NCBI RefSeq assembly: GCF_000315625.1
Contig: NW_005434576.1
Span: forward strand, 138,033 to 202,032
From: Guillardia theta CCMP2712
Taxonomy: Eukaryota > Protista > Cryptophyta
Reading direction: 5' to 3'
DNA length: 64,000 nt
A model generated the notes under the pieces. The model was not told where the DNA came from. It saw only the letters and a program-made list of their open reading frames with translations, and ran no database searches. Both the position numbers and the translations under genes were made by a program. How positions within the stretch are numbered: the first letter of the stretch is position 1; each line of letters opens with the position of its first letter. Positions 1-11,394 of this stretch are shown one piece after another.

Positions 1-2
1 TG

Positions 3-698
3 GGCAGCGAGGGTCCTGTCGTGGATCAATCGGGAGGGAACGTGTGGAGTGTGGTTGGAGGTTGGCCAGAGGACCCCCTGGTTTGTCTTGCAGACACGAA
101 TCAATTCAATTTGCATGATACGGGAGATGGTTGGGTTGTGATGCATGCGACTATGGGTCAACCTCTTCTATTCATTGCGGAGACCAGCACATGGTATGGG
201 AAGATGTTCGCAGGGGGAGCAAGAGAGGTTGAGTACATTCTTACCGATGTGGGGCGTCGGCCAATCGTCAAGATATCGAAAGCTTTCGGTTTTTTCTCGC
301 AGGAAGCTAAGGTTTCTTACATTGTAGCACCAGAAAACGCCATCCTGGCGGACCGCTTGTCGATAGGCTCCATCAAGCAAGAGACTACGTTCTCACGTCG
401 CACATTCCTTGTCTCGGATTCAACTCCGCATCATGCTGCTGGCGACGTCACCATAGAAGCTCCCAGCTTTGCAGACAAGCCCTTCACGATCAAGCTCGGG
501 GACAGTACTCTTGGTACCATCATGCAGCCGAAAAATGGACTTGGCGTCGCCTCAATCTCTCTGCATCCGAACGCGTTGGATCCTTTCCGGTCAAACAGGA
601 TGAGAGCGCTTTTGATCGCGGCTGCTGTAATCATCAGTGACGTCCATTGGGGCATGTCGCCTGGCCCAGCGACTATCTTGAAAGCTCTGCCGCATTAG
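3..698 (+). CDS. Phospholipid scramblase / LURP1-Tubby-like beta-barrel protein, 5'-truncated at the window edge
   Basis: Frame is open from position 3 to TAG at 696-698. It has scramblase-like spacing (LLFIAETSTWYGKMF...ILTDVGRRPIVKISK...IGSIKQETTFSRRTFLV...FTIKLGDSTLGTI) and the family's C-terminal helix RALLIAAAVIISD. Confidence 0.6.
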   Translation, partial: GSEGPVVDQSGGNVWSVVGGWPEDPLVCLADTNQFNLHDTGDGWVVMHATMGQPLLFIAETSTWYGKMFAGGAREVEYILTDVGRRPIVKISKAFGFFSQEAKVSYIVAPENAILADRLSIGSIKQETTFSRRTFLVSDSTPHHAAGDVTIEAPSFADKPFTIKLGDSTLGTIMQPKNGLGVASISLHPNALDPFRSNRMRALLIAAAVIISDVHWGMSPGPATILKALPH

Positions 699-1165
699 CC
701 TGTTGCAATATCCGACAAGAAATCTTGTTGCTCTCATTTACCTCGTCGGCCGGGCCCAGTCAATCGCCGCACATGAATTCAGCTGAACCGTTAATAATGA
801 TTGACCCGGGCAGAGTCTGTAAAAAGTAAAAAAACCAGTGATCGGGTGTCACTGTGTAGTTTTCGAGTTTCCAGGCCGTGGAATTCAAAGCCGTAGCTGG
901 CCCAGTGGTCACTGGTGAGATCGGTGCCATGATAGTAACTTGACTGTGACTCCGAGGCTCAGCAGTTCCGAGTCAAGTGACCAGTGAGTCGGGACGGCAA
1001 GTTGACAGCCGCACTGACTCGTACTAGAGTCGAAGTATGGAGACATCATTCTTCAGTGAATGAAGCGGCTGCCCGCCACTGGCAGCCCTGCTGATCGGCG
1101 GCGGGCCCGGCGGGCCAAACGACGGTTTCGCCAGGCCTATTATCCCCTCCGACGCGAGCCCAGTT

Positions 1166-1246
1166 GCTTCCAAGTACCGGGTAGTCATGGTCTCACAGCT
1201 TCCAAGTACCGGGTAGTCATGGTCTCACAGGGCAAAGTACCGGGTC
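1166..1246. repeat. 32-bp tandem duplication plus partial third copy
   Basis: GCTTCCAAGTACCGGGTAGTCATGGTCTCACA at 1166-1197 and 1198-1229, followed by a partial AAGTACCGGGT. Confidence 0.9.
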
Positions 1247-1525
1247 AGTAAAGCACCATAATTCCCATTTAGGTACCCGTAGTAGCCTCCACCCAGAGCC
1301 CGGAGCAAATTTCCTTTATTTTGGCAACACGTCAGCCCATGGCGAACCAGAGCAGGCGCATGCGCGCGAATGGGATCTGAGCTGGGCTAGAAGTGGAAGG
1401 AAGTAAGGCAAGAGCATTCTTTGAAGCATTTCTCTGCTACATAGCTCTTCAATCTTGTATCAGCGTGCCATACTCATCTGCATTTCTGCCAAAGGAGCTG
1501 CCCCGCACAAACTTCGCCAGCGAAG

Positions 1526-2781
1526 ATGAGCGGCAATATTCAGAGCGTGGAGGTTGCTCCTCAGCCTCCTCCGTTCTCACCTCCTGTCCCCGTGGGTTCG
1601 GACTCGTCGAACTATGGCTCGGGGATCCTAGAGGATACGACATTGGACGAGCCTGTGCTGGACACAGTGAAAAGAGATTTGGGGATGGTCTGGACCAAGT
1701 TAACGAAAGTGATGATGCCTTCGAGGGATACACGGGATGAGCTACGAAACTGGTGAGTCCTGTGCTGGATGATTTCTTGCTCTGATCTCCGTTCACGCAT
1801 GCAGGGATTTGTGGGGGCCTCTTTTTCTTTGTTTGATCCTCGCAATTCTACTCAGCATCGATGAATCTGGGAACATACAAGAGAGCACGAACAGAGATCG
1901 ACCTGCGGTTGTCTTCTCCGTCATGCTGTTGGTGAACACTTACATGTCGTTGAGGGCATTCTCTGTTAACTTGAATTTCGCGTGTTTCAGGTTGTTTGGG
2001 TTGGAGCTGTTGTTGTGACAGTGAACGCGAAGCTATTGGGAGGAAATGTATCATTTTTTCAGGTTCTCTTTCACTTGTCATGGAGATCTCATGAGATTTT
2101 TTGATGTACATGACTGATTGAATTGTTCCATAGAGATTTGTGGTGAGCGATATCGTTGACTCCGTGTGTCACAGAACATTTGTCTGCTGGGGTACTGCGT
2201 GGCTCCGATGATTCTTGCCACTTCGCTTTGTATGATCGTCCGTGTCTCCATCCCCGACCAGGTTGTGATGTTTTCCCAGCAAGATGCTGTGACTGATGGT
2301 TGGAACAGTACTATTACTGCACTGAAATCAAAGTCCTCAACCTGCAGAATGTCACAGACCCAAGGACTATCCGTTGCAATGTATCCTCTTCTCGCGACGT
2401 CCTCTTCTTGCTCTGACTAGACTCCCACAGGGCTGGTCGGACGTCACGACATGCCCAGCTGGACGTCAGTGCGACGTCATCAAGGTCCCGACCATGTCGC
2501 CCGTTTGCCTTCGAGTTGGTTGACGCCTACGGCAGACTGGCGTTGCGAACGTTATTCTCCGCCTGCTCTTCTCCCTGGGAGGGATGCTGTGGTCCTTGCG
2601 GTCTTCTCTGGGTTTTCTCTCTGAGGTTATTGCCCGTTGTAACATCATGGCATGAGCGCTGACTGAGATGCTTCATGGGCAGGTGGTTGTTCCTCAGAGG
2701 CGCGCACTGGCTGCATACCCAGTCTTGCTGTTCTTCACTGCTATCACATGGATGATCATGTTAAGAACAAGCTCTGCATAA
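1526..2781 (+). CDS. YIPF6: Yip1-family Golgi membrane protein (YIPF6/Yip4-like), about 6 exons
   Basis: Spliced translation gives TLDEPVLDTVKRDL...ELRNW|DLWGPLFLCLILA...VVWVGAVVVTVNAKLLGGNVSFFQ|NICLLGYCVAPMILA...RRALAAYPVLLFF. GT-AG introns; TAA at 2779-2781. Confidence 0.9.
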
Positions 2782-2892
2782 TCTTTAAAGTACAGTTACT
2801 TGATACTACCACACATCGAATGAACACCTCACCGTTCAACGGTTACCGTACATACCGGCCGGGCCCGGCACGCTAGTCAGTGATGGGGGCAA

Positions 2893-2916
2893 AACTTCGA
2901 CTCCTCTGAGGCGAGT
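2893..2916 (+). repeat. 24-bp direct repeat, left copy (partner 14447-14470)
   Basis: AACTTCGACTCCTCTGAGGCGAGT is identical at both positions and abuts the 162-bp inverted repeat. Confidence 0.95.
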
Positions 2917-3078
2917 CCGGGATGGGTTGTCAAGAAGAGTGAAATCCGTTGCTTCACCCCATCATGGCGCCAAGATGGCGGGGAGCCGCAGCGCTGCTCG
3001 TCATGCGGCTGACGATGGTGATGGGGCAGACGCCAGCAGGCCGAGCAGGTAGGAGGATAGCTGGGGAGTGAGGAGAGG
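2917..3078 (+). repeat. 162-bp outer inverted repeat, left arm (partner 14285-14446), containing 5'UTR, exon 1 and first donor of LysM gene A
   Basis: Reverse complement matches 14285-14446 with about 2 substitutions (CCGGGATGGGTTGTCAAGAAG...GGGGAGTGAGGAGAGG). Confidence 0.95.
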
Positions 3079-6000
3079 ACATGTCAAATCCTGTCCATCT
3101 CAGGGTACTCCCTCGGAAGCACATCTCAAACGAGCCTTGCAAGCGACTATACAACATTGGCTGGAGGTAAGGGTCTGTACCGATCTGTCAATCATCTGTC
3201 GAACATCAAGGAGGAAGGGGAATGACGTTGTCACTGCAGCTGTGATATCCTCGGACCCGACAACGTCTTACCAGTTCACCGTGGAGGCATGGGTGAAACT
3301 TGAGCCAGTATCGTCCTCTTCGTACGTGGGCGTTGTTGTGGGAGGCATCGACAGTGTGTCATCGGGAACATGCACATCCATAAGTGGTAAGAGACTGCGA
3401 CACGTCGTTGACACACACGAGAGCACTCTCCTCATCGATCATGAAACTTTCAATCTCCTCTCGGTGTGCTGGGTTTCGGACAGAGTGAAAGGCATTTGCA
3501 CATATTCGTCCTCCATCCTCACGATTTCTTCTCATCCTGTAACGTCGATTTTTTACTTCCAGGAAGCTGCTCCAATCCAGTTCCCCTCGGTGGTTGTTCC
3601 TCGAACTGTAGTTTATCCACCGTGACATCTCAGAAGTGTGACTTGTCAAAAATCGTGAAAAGTTCGAATCCTGAGAAAGGCTCTGGCAGATCATTCATGT
3701 TGTACTGCGGAGGACAAAATCAAGCCAGCGGACATTGCGGTATGATTGTTGTGTCAACATCACTGTCCTTTTGGCCTTGATTACATATGTACAGGACTTG
3801 CCGTCGTCAACACCAAACTTGTACAGGAAAGAAATGGAACTGAAGCAAGCATGTTGCTTCTGATTCTTGTTTGCACCAGATCACCACAGGACCGAACTCG
3901 ATCCCGATGTCAACCTGGAACCATATTGCCGGTGAGGACGTCTTGTGGTCGAAAGCACGGGCAGAAGATGACATCTCATGTACACGGTAGCTTCTTTCAT
4001 TAGTGGTTCTTTCAAGGTGAAGAAACACACCTTAACTTGGATCGAATGATCAGCTTTATCGGCATGACATCTGAAATGGCTGAACAGATTTATCTCAACG
4101 GCGCCCTAAAGGATTCTTTCACATTCAGCACTCTGTCGAGCATCCAAGGTTTACATGCTTTTATTCTGATTCTGTCAGTTGACATGCTGGTTTTCTTGTT
4201 GTCTTGTTTCCAAAGGTTCACATTCTCTCTCAATTGCAAGTAGAAAGACACTTGTAAGATAAAGGAGGGAGGCAGGGAGGCAGGGAGGCAGGGAGGCGGG
4301 CAGGAAGGGATGCAGGGAACGAGGGAGGGAGGGAAAGAGCACGTCGATTCAAAGAATGAAAACATTGAAGTTATGGACAATCAGGGAAGCGGGTTTGGAT
4401 ATGGCTGCTTCAGCGGCTCGTTGGATGAGATAAGAATATGGAAACAGGTAAGCTCTCAATCCAGATAGTGCAGGGAATGATGATCCTGATCGCGATGACC
4501 ATTCTGACGGAGATCATGCGAATTGATGATAATGAAACGTGTCGTTAGCGTTTCTGATCGATCTGATCAGTTATGCTCCAGGTACGAAATCCTCAACAGA
4601 CCATGATAGACATGCTGGATACTTCAGCAAAGGTCACAGACCTTGTGTATTACTGGTAGATGACATTCTACTCCCAATACCTCTATCAAGAAGTAAGCGT
4701 GATATTGCATTTTCCATTGATACAAGCTGGCAGGCAATTCAACGAGGGGGTCAAGGTTCAGAACTCAACTGGAAATCGTGTCATCATCGAGGGGATAACG
4801 GTCAGTGGGTCTAAGAGGGCTATGAAATCTTGAATACCATCTCACGTGATTGTTCAAGGGGACTCTTATGACTATCTCAACTATTCCAACATTCCAAACT
4901 CAACCCGTTGGTAAAGTCTTCGTTCCCCTCCTCTTCTCCACCGGGTCTTATGTGACCGTGTCTTGTCTTGTCTTGTCTTGTCTTGTCTTGTCTTGTCTTG
5001 TCTTGTCTTGTCTTTCTTTCTTAACCCTTCTCCATTGATGAATCAGACTTGCTCTGATAACTCACAAATGGTGATATGGGTATATCAACATCCCCTTCAA
5101 ATCTACACACCCACCCTTTTTTTTTCTGATACAAGTTTTTTCAGTTGACGGAGCCACGTACATTGACAGACCAGCAAAGGCAGTGATCAGCGCAATCTCC
5201 GGTTGTACTTTGACAACTCTCCAAAACGGCAACATTGTCATCACATACAGGTCATCCACTCGTTTGCTATGCTAAGCACGACGACACATTTTTTCGACAA
5301 TCTTCAACTGTTTGTTATCGTCTTTGATGTTCCACATGACCGAATGTCACTTATACTCATCTCAACCCTCTCGTTTCCTCCTTCATGGCTACATCTCTCC
5401 CCGACCTTGATTTCCGATTCCTGTTTGTTCACTTGCTCTCTAAAAGTTTTTTCTCTACAGCCTGGGGGTCGAAGGGAAATGGAAAATTGCTCTCAGCGAT
5501 CAGAACCCCAACGACGGCATCTCCATCTCTGATCCTCCTTTTCTTCCAGCCCCATATGGCATTCCGCAGGTGAGGAGTAAGGAACAGGAGCAGGGAAGAG
5601 GGGGAAGAAATGTGCAGAAGTCTTACGACGCAAACTATGCAGGATGCAACTTTCAGTGATACTGGAACTGCTCCTTGTGTTGGCAGCACTCCTCCTTGTC
5701 TTCCTAGTTACTGCAACGGGAATGCCGAATGTCCTGTAAAATCTCCTTCTCTTCTCTTCCTCCTTATTCCATTCCTCGTCCTCCCTCGTCTACTCGCGTC
5801 CCTCCTCCATTTCATCCTCCTCTTCTCATTACCTCCCTATGCTTTTGCCTGCTGTCATCGTCCCCTTCCTACTGCTCTCCTTGCCCCTCCTTCCTCTCTC
5901 CTCCCTCTGCTTCGCCCGCCTCCTCCCTGACGCTTTTGGTCCTGCGTGCAGCCCAACCAGTTGATCGGTTCCTACATAGAGAGAGTTCTCACCTGGAACC

Positions 6001-8730
6001 CTCAGAACAACGCGGGCTGGGTCGTTCCTGCTGGGGGTTTTGAAATTCGAATCTCCTCAATTGAGAGGCCGACAAGTGGAAACTCGGCACAGATTCCAGC
6101 TCCCCAACGCACCATCCTCGTTCCTACTGTCTTCCTCTTTGTGCAGGTGGGTAGGAGAACATACAAGAGACGAGGAAGAGGACGACAAGAGGGAGGAGCG
6201 GAGGAGGCAGAGCGGAGAGAGGAGAGAGGAGAGAGGAGAGAGGAGAGAGGGGAGAGGAGAGAGGAGAGAGGAGAGAGGAGAGAGGAGAGAGGAGGGGAGA
6301 ATTGCAGTGGCAGAAGGGAAGGAAGCGAGCTAGATAATGATTTCTCCCAGGCCAATCCAGAGTTTGTGAGTCCAACACCTGGAGGGCAGGTGATGATCCA
6401 AAAACATCTTACGGCTCCCCTCAAACCTCCTCGCATCCCTTCTCCCCTCCTCTTGCACGGCCCCCCCCCTGACGTCCATGTGGACAGGATACAGCCGCCT
6501 TCGTCTTCACGTCCTACATCGGAGAGGAAGTAGCGTTCACCATTCGGGTGCAGCAGCGAAACTTCGGGCAGCAGGTGGATATAGTCACCGCTGAGGTACA
6601 GGACTCTGCCTCCTCATACTCCTCCTCCTCCTCGTATTCCTCCTCCTCCTCCTGGTACTCCTCCACGTACTCCACCTCCTCCACGTACTCCTCCTCCTCC
6701 TCCTCGTACTTGTCCACCACCATCACCTCCTCCTCCTCCTCCTCCTCCTCCTCCTCCTCCTCCTTCCTCTCCTTCTGCCCCCATCCCTTGACGAGCTATT
6801 TCTTCCTCCAGGACCCTGGCCAACCAAATGGAGCTGTGACGTCAGCGCAAGAGGAGCAGGTCGCAACTGCCTCAACTCCATACTATGCGCAGAGATCGTA
6901 AGAGGCCAACATGCTGTGATGAGCCGCTGACACCTGACCATTCGATCAACTTCACCTTGACTGCTCCCTCCGTCCAATTTCTTTCTCCTCCCCTCTTCAA
7001 TTTCTCCTTTACGGTTTTATCCTGCCCCTCTCCTCTCCTCTCCCCATCTCCTCCTCTCCTCCTCCTCTCCTCCTCCTCTCCTCCCCTCCTCTCCTCCTCC
7101 CCTCTCCCGTAGATTCTCCTGGACCCCCGTCTGCCAGCAGGCTGGTCTCGCTCGTGTCCTCTTCCTCGTCACCAGCCGAGAGGTTCCCTCCCTCAGCATC
7201 TCCAAGCTCATCCACATCGACGTCGTCACGCCGCAGCCCGTGATCCTCAACATCTCGACCTCGAGCAGGTGAGGCCGCGAGGGCTGCGAGAGGAGGAGGA
7301 GACAGAGCTGACGAGAGGGGGCGAGGACAGTCAGATGCGGGTAGGATGCGAGATGATGCTGGAGGTACAAGCGGCGGACGGGAGGGAGGAGACGAGGAGG
7401 AGGAACAACTCGGCGTACGGGCAGGACTTCAACTTCACCATCTGGCGGTGGGACGCGGGGAGGACGACGAGGACGGCGATGCCGCTGACGACAGCGGGGG
7501 TGAGCATAGGGGGGGCAGAGGCGAACGCGTACAACGGGACGACGGGGAGGTAGGCGAGAGGCGGAGACGAGGAGGGGGGAAGGGAGGAGAGGGGAGGGCA
7601 GGAGGGCGGGAGACAAGCAGGGGAGGAGAGGGGGCAGGGAGCTGACGAGGGAGGGGACGCAGGCTGATGTGGAAGCCGGTGAGGGGGCAGGAAGGAGGAG
7701 AGTACGAGATCTGCATGGTGGTGAGAGATGGATGTCACGTGGGGGTGCCGGCGGAAGGCTGCGTGAACATGAGCATCGCCAAGTGCCAAGCGTGTCTGGC
7801 AGCTGGGGACTCGCTGGAGGGGCTGGCGCGGCAGTACCGGACGGACTTCTTGTCCTTGTACACGTTCAACGTCGGGCTGGGTAAGGAAGGGGAGAGGCAG
7901 GGGGAGGGTGCGGGGAGGGGAGCGAGAAGGGGAGAAGGGACTGACAAGGAGGGGCAGGTAACCCAGACAGCGTCACGGTGGATCGACCGATCAACGTGGG
8001 CTTCCTCTACCGGGTGAGTCAAGAGGAGGAGGGGGAAGGAGGAGCTGAGAGGGGAGGGGCACAGGTGAAGGAGGGGGACACGCTGGACGAGCTTGGGAGG
8101 ACGTTCTTCACGGAGATAGGAAGTCTTCTTGAGGCGAGGAGGGAGGAGGAGGGGGAGGAGGAACGAGAGGGGAGGAGGGAGGGGGAGGAGGGGAAGGACG
8201 AGCTGCGAGGGAAGGGGGACGTGGAGGGAAGGGGGATCGGAGGGAAGGGGGAAGGGGGAGGGGCTGAGAGGAGGAGGTGCAGGTGAACAGCGACATCGCG
8301 GAGAGGAACAACATTGCTACGGAATACTGGAGGGGAGGCACGGTTGTAGCGGGTAAGAAGGGGAGAGGGGGCTGAAGGGAGGAGGGGGCTGAAGGGAGGA
8401 GGAGGAGGAGGATGAGGATGAGGGCGAGGGCGAGGGCGAAGAAGAGGATGTTGACGAGCAAGAGAAGGAGGACAAGGAGGAAAAGGAAGGAAGAGCAGGA
8501 GGACGAGGAGCAGTACAAAGAGAGGGACAGAGAGAAGGGAGGAGGAAGGGGAGGACTTGAGGGGGAAGAGTGAAGGAGGGAGATTGCAATAGCTCTCTGA
8601 CGTGAGAGGAGGAGCAGGGAACGTGAGTACTGTTATCATCTACCCCGGAGAAGATATCTGCATCGTCAATATGATGTGCCACGTTCAATGTGACAATACT
8701 GGTTGCTTGTCCACTCAGACCTTCGTCTGA
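2964..8730 (+). CDS. Gene A: large secreted protein, signal peptide + LamG/ConA-like domain + Cys-rich/Ig-like region + 2 C-terminal LysM domains (many exons)
   Basis: Exon 1 is MAPRWRGAAALLVMRLTMVMGQ. LamG motifs: YQFTVEAWVK, STWNHIA, IYLNGAL, FSGSLDEIRIWKQ, FNEG. LysM motifs: AGDSLEGLARQYRTDFLSLYTFNVGL and YRVKEGDTLDELGRTFFTEIGSLLEVN...IIYPGEDICI. TGA at 8728-8730. Internal exon boundaries are only partly resolved. Confidence 0.75.
4959..5012. repeat. (TCTTG)n intronic microsatellite
   Basis: About 10 tandem TCTTG units. Confidence 0.9.
7108..8408 (+). repeat. About 1.3-kb inner inverted repeat, left arm (partner 9373-10667)
   Basis: Exons and introns are near-identical to the reverse complement of 9373-10667. 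For example, MWKPVRGQEGGEYEIC appears at 7667 (+) and 10095 (-). Confidence 0.95.
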
Positions 8731-8861
8731 TGTACTCTTGTTACTTGCTCCCACTCCTCTTCCTCTCTCTCTCCCTCGTCCTCTTCCTCTTCCTGGTCCT
8801 ACTTCACTCTTGAATTTTGTTTTCATGTACATAAATGCCTCCTGATGGTTGTAACGAGATG

Positions 8862-8981
8862 GGAGGAGAGAAGAGGAGAGGAGAGGAGTGGAGAGGAGAG
8901 GAGAGGAGAGGAGAGGAGAGGAGAGGAGAGGAGAGGAGAGGAGAGGAGAGGAGAGGAGAGGAGAGGAGAGGAGAGGAGAGG
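8862..8981. repeat. (GAGAG)n microsatellite between the convergent 3' ends of genes A and B
   Basis: More than 20 tandem GAGAG units. Confidence 0.9.
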
Positions 8982-9125
8982 ATGAGATAAAATGAAAGGT
9001 GAACATGACGCGACTGAGAGTGGAGGATGGCTTATTTTCTGACACAGGTCAAGAACGATCCAACAAGACATGACTGCAGGATTCAATCTTTCGTGTCTGC
9101 TCTTACTATACAACATGTACAACAT

Positions 9126-11351
9126 TCATCTCAGCTTGCACTCTGACGACGAGCATTCCACTCTACACACGGAGGAGACAACGCAGACCTGACAAGAAAG
9201 CATGTGACAACACTGAGACAGCAGCATGATGTTTCTATCATCACCTTCTCGCCAGGTAGGATGAGAATACTGCTCGTGTTCCCTCCTACTCTCTCCGAGT
9301 CAACACATCCTCCTCCTCCTCCTCCTCCTTTTTCCTCAGCCTCAGCCTTTTGCCACTTCCTCTTCATCCCTCTCCTCCTCCTCCTCCCTTCAGCCCCCTC
9401 CTCCCTTCAGCCCCCTCTCCCCTTCTTACCCGCTACAACCGTGCCTCCCCTCCAGTATTCCGTAGCAATGTTGTTCCTCTCCGCGATGTCGCTGTTCACC
9501 TGCACCTCCTCCTCTCAGCCCCTCCCCCTTCCCCCTTCCCTCCGATCCCCTTCCCTCTCAGCTCGTCCTTCCCCTCCTCCCCTCCCCTCCCCTCTCGTTC
9601 CTCCTTCCCTCTCCTCCTCCCTCCTCGCCTCAAGAAGACTTCCTATCTCCGTGAAGAACGTCCTCCCAAGCTCGTCCAGCGTGTCCCCCTCCTTCACCTG
9701 TGCCCCTCCCCTCTCAGCTCCTCCTTCCCCCTCCTCCTCTTGACTCACCCGGTAGAGGAAGCCCACGTTGATCGGTCGATCCACCGTGACGCTGTCTGGG
9801 TTACCTGCCCCTCCATGTCATGCCCTTCTCCCCTTCTCGCTCCCCTCTCCGCTCCCTCCCCCTGCCTCTCCCCTTCCTTACCCAGCCCGACGTTGAACGT
9901 GTACAAGGACAAGAAGTCCGTCCGGTACTGCCGCGCCAGCCCCTCCAGCGAGTCCCCAGCTGCCAGACACGCTTGGCACTTGGCGATGCTCATGTTCACG
10001 CAGCCTTCCGCCGGCACCCCCACGTGACATCCATCTCTCACCACCACGCAGATCTCGTACTCTCCTCCTTCCTGCCCCCTCACCGGCTTCCACATCAGCC
10101 TGCGTCCCCTCCCTCGTCAGCTCCCTCGCCCCCTCACCCTCCCCTGCTAGTACTAACAGACCACCAAGACAACCCCATAACCTCACTTCCCCCCTCATCG
10201 TCTCCGCCTCATCGCCTACCTCCCCGTCGTCCCGTTGACGCGTTCGCCTCTGCCCCCCCCTATGCTCACCCCCCGCTGTCGTCAGCGGGCATCGCCGTCC
10301 TCGTCGTCCCTCCCCCCCCCCCCACCGCCAGATGGTGAAGTTCCCCCCCCCCCCCCGTACGCCGAGTTGTTCCTCCTCCTCGTCTCCTCCCTCCCGTCCG
10401 CCGCTTGTACCTCCAGCATCATCTCGCATCCTACCCGCATCTGACTGTCCTCGCCCCCTCTCGTCAGCTCCTCTGTCTCCTCCTCTCGCAGCCCTCGCGG
10501 CCTCACCTGCTCGAGGTCGAGATGTTGAGGATCACGGGCTGCGGCGTGACGACGTCGATGTGGATGAGCTTGGAGATGCTGAGGGAGGGAACCTCTCGGC
10601 TGGTGACGAGGAAGAGGACACGAGCGAGACCAGCCTGCTGGCAGACGGGGGTCCAGGAGAATCTACGAGAGAGGAGAGGAGGAGAGGAGAGGAGGAGAGC
10701 AGGAGAAGAGGAGGAAGGGAAAGCAAAGGGGGTTAGGGCAAGTCGGGAGGGGACACGAGGAGGAGAGGGGAGAAGAGATGAAGTCGATAGTATCAGGAGG
10801 TGAAGGGACAGGATAGGGAAAGCAACGTATCAGTGGCTTATCGTCGGTTTGGATGTCTTGTTACCTCTGACCGACTTCGACGGGTTCACTTGCTGATCTT
10901 GTTTGTAAATTTGTTGTGAGATTGGAGAACGTGGCATAAGATGGACTTCCATATATCTGCAGCACGGCAAAGTCAGTGACGGATACTGTTCTTGTTCTTT
11001 GTTATGAGGCAAGTTGGGTTGAAAGCGGGTGTTTGGTCTGCCTTTGTGATCGATGATGCAGATTAATCTTACCTCGTCAATGCTAAAGATAACTTGTTGA
11101 TCAACATTGCGCAACAGGACTTGAATCATGAAGTTGAGGTTGTCTCCGATGTACATGAGCATTTCGAAAGGCTGAGAGCTCTGCATGAAGAGAGTTAGAG
11201 GAGAAGAGTGCTTGCTACTTGTGTGTACGTTTCCTCCGGGTGTTGGATAAGTGAACTCCAGCGGCAACTGAAAGGAAGGCGAATTCAGTTTGAGACCACG
11301 AGATATGGCCCAGAACAAAGCAGCAGATAAATCCAGCAAAGGAGGGCTAGA

Positions 11352-11394
<43 letters not shown>

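Noticed and set aside
10130-10360. Apparent frameshifts and poly-C runs suggesting gene B is a pseudogene
   Set aside because: The differences are confined to a patch of C homopolymers inside an otherwise near-identical copy, typical of low-quality base calls. Not evidence of inactivation without reads.
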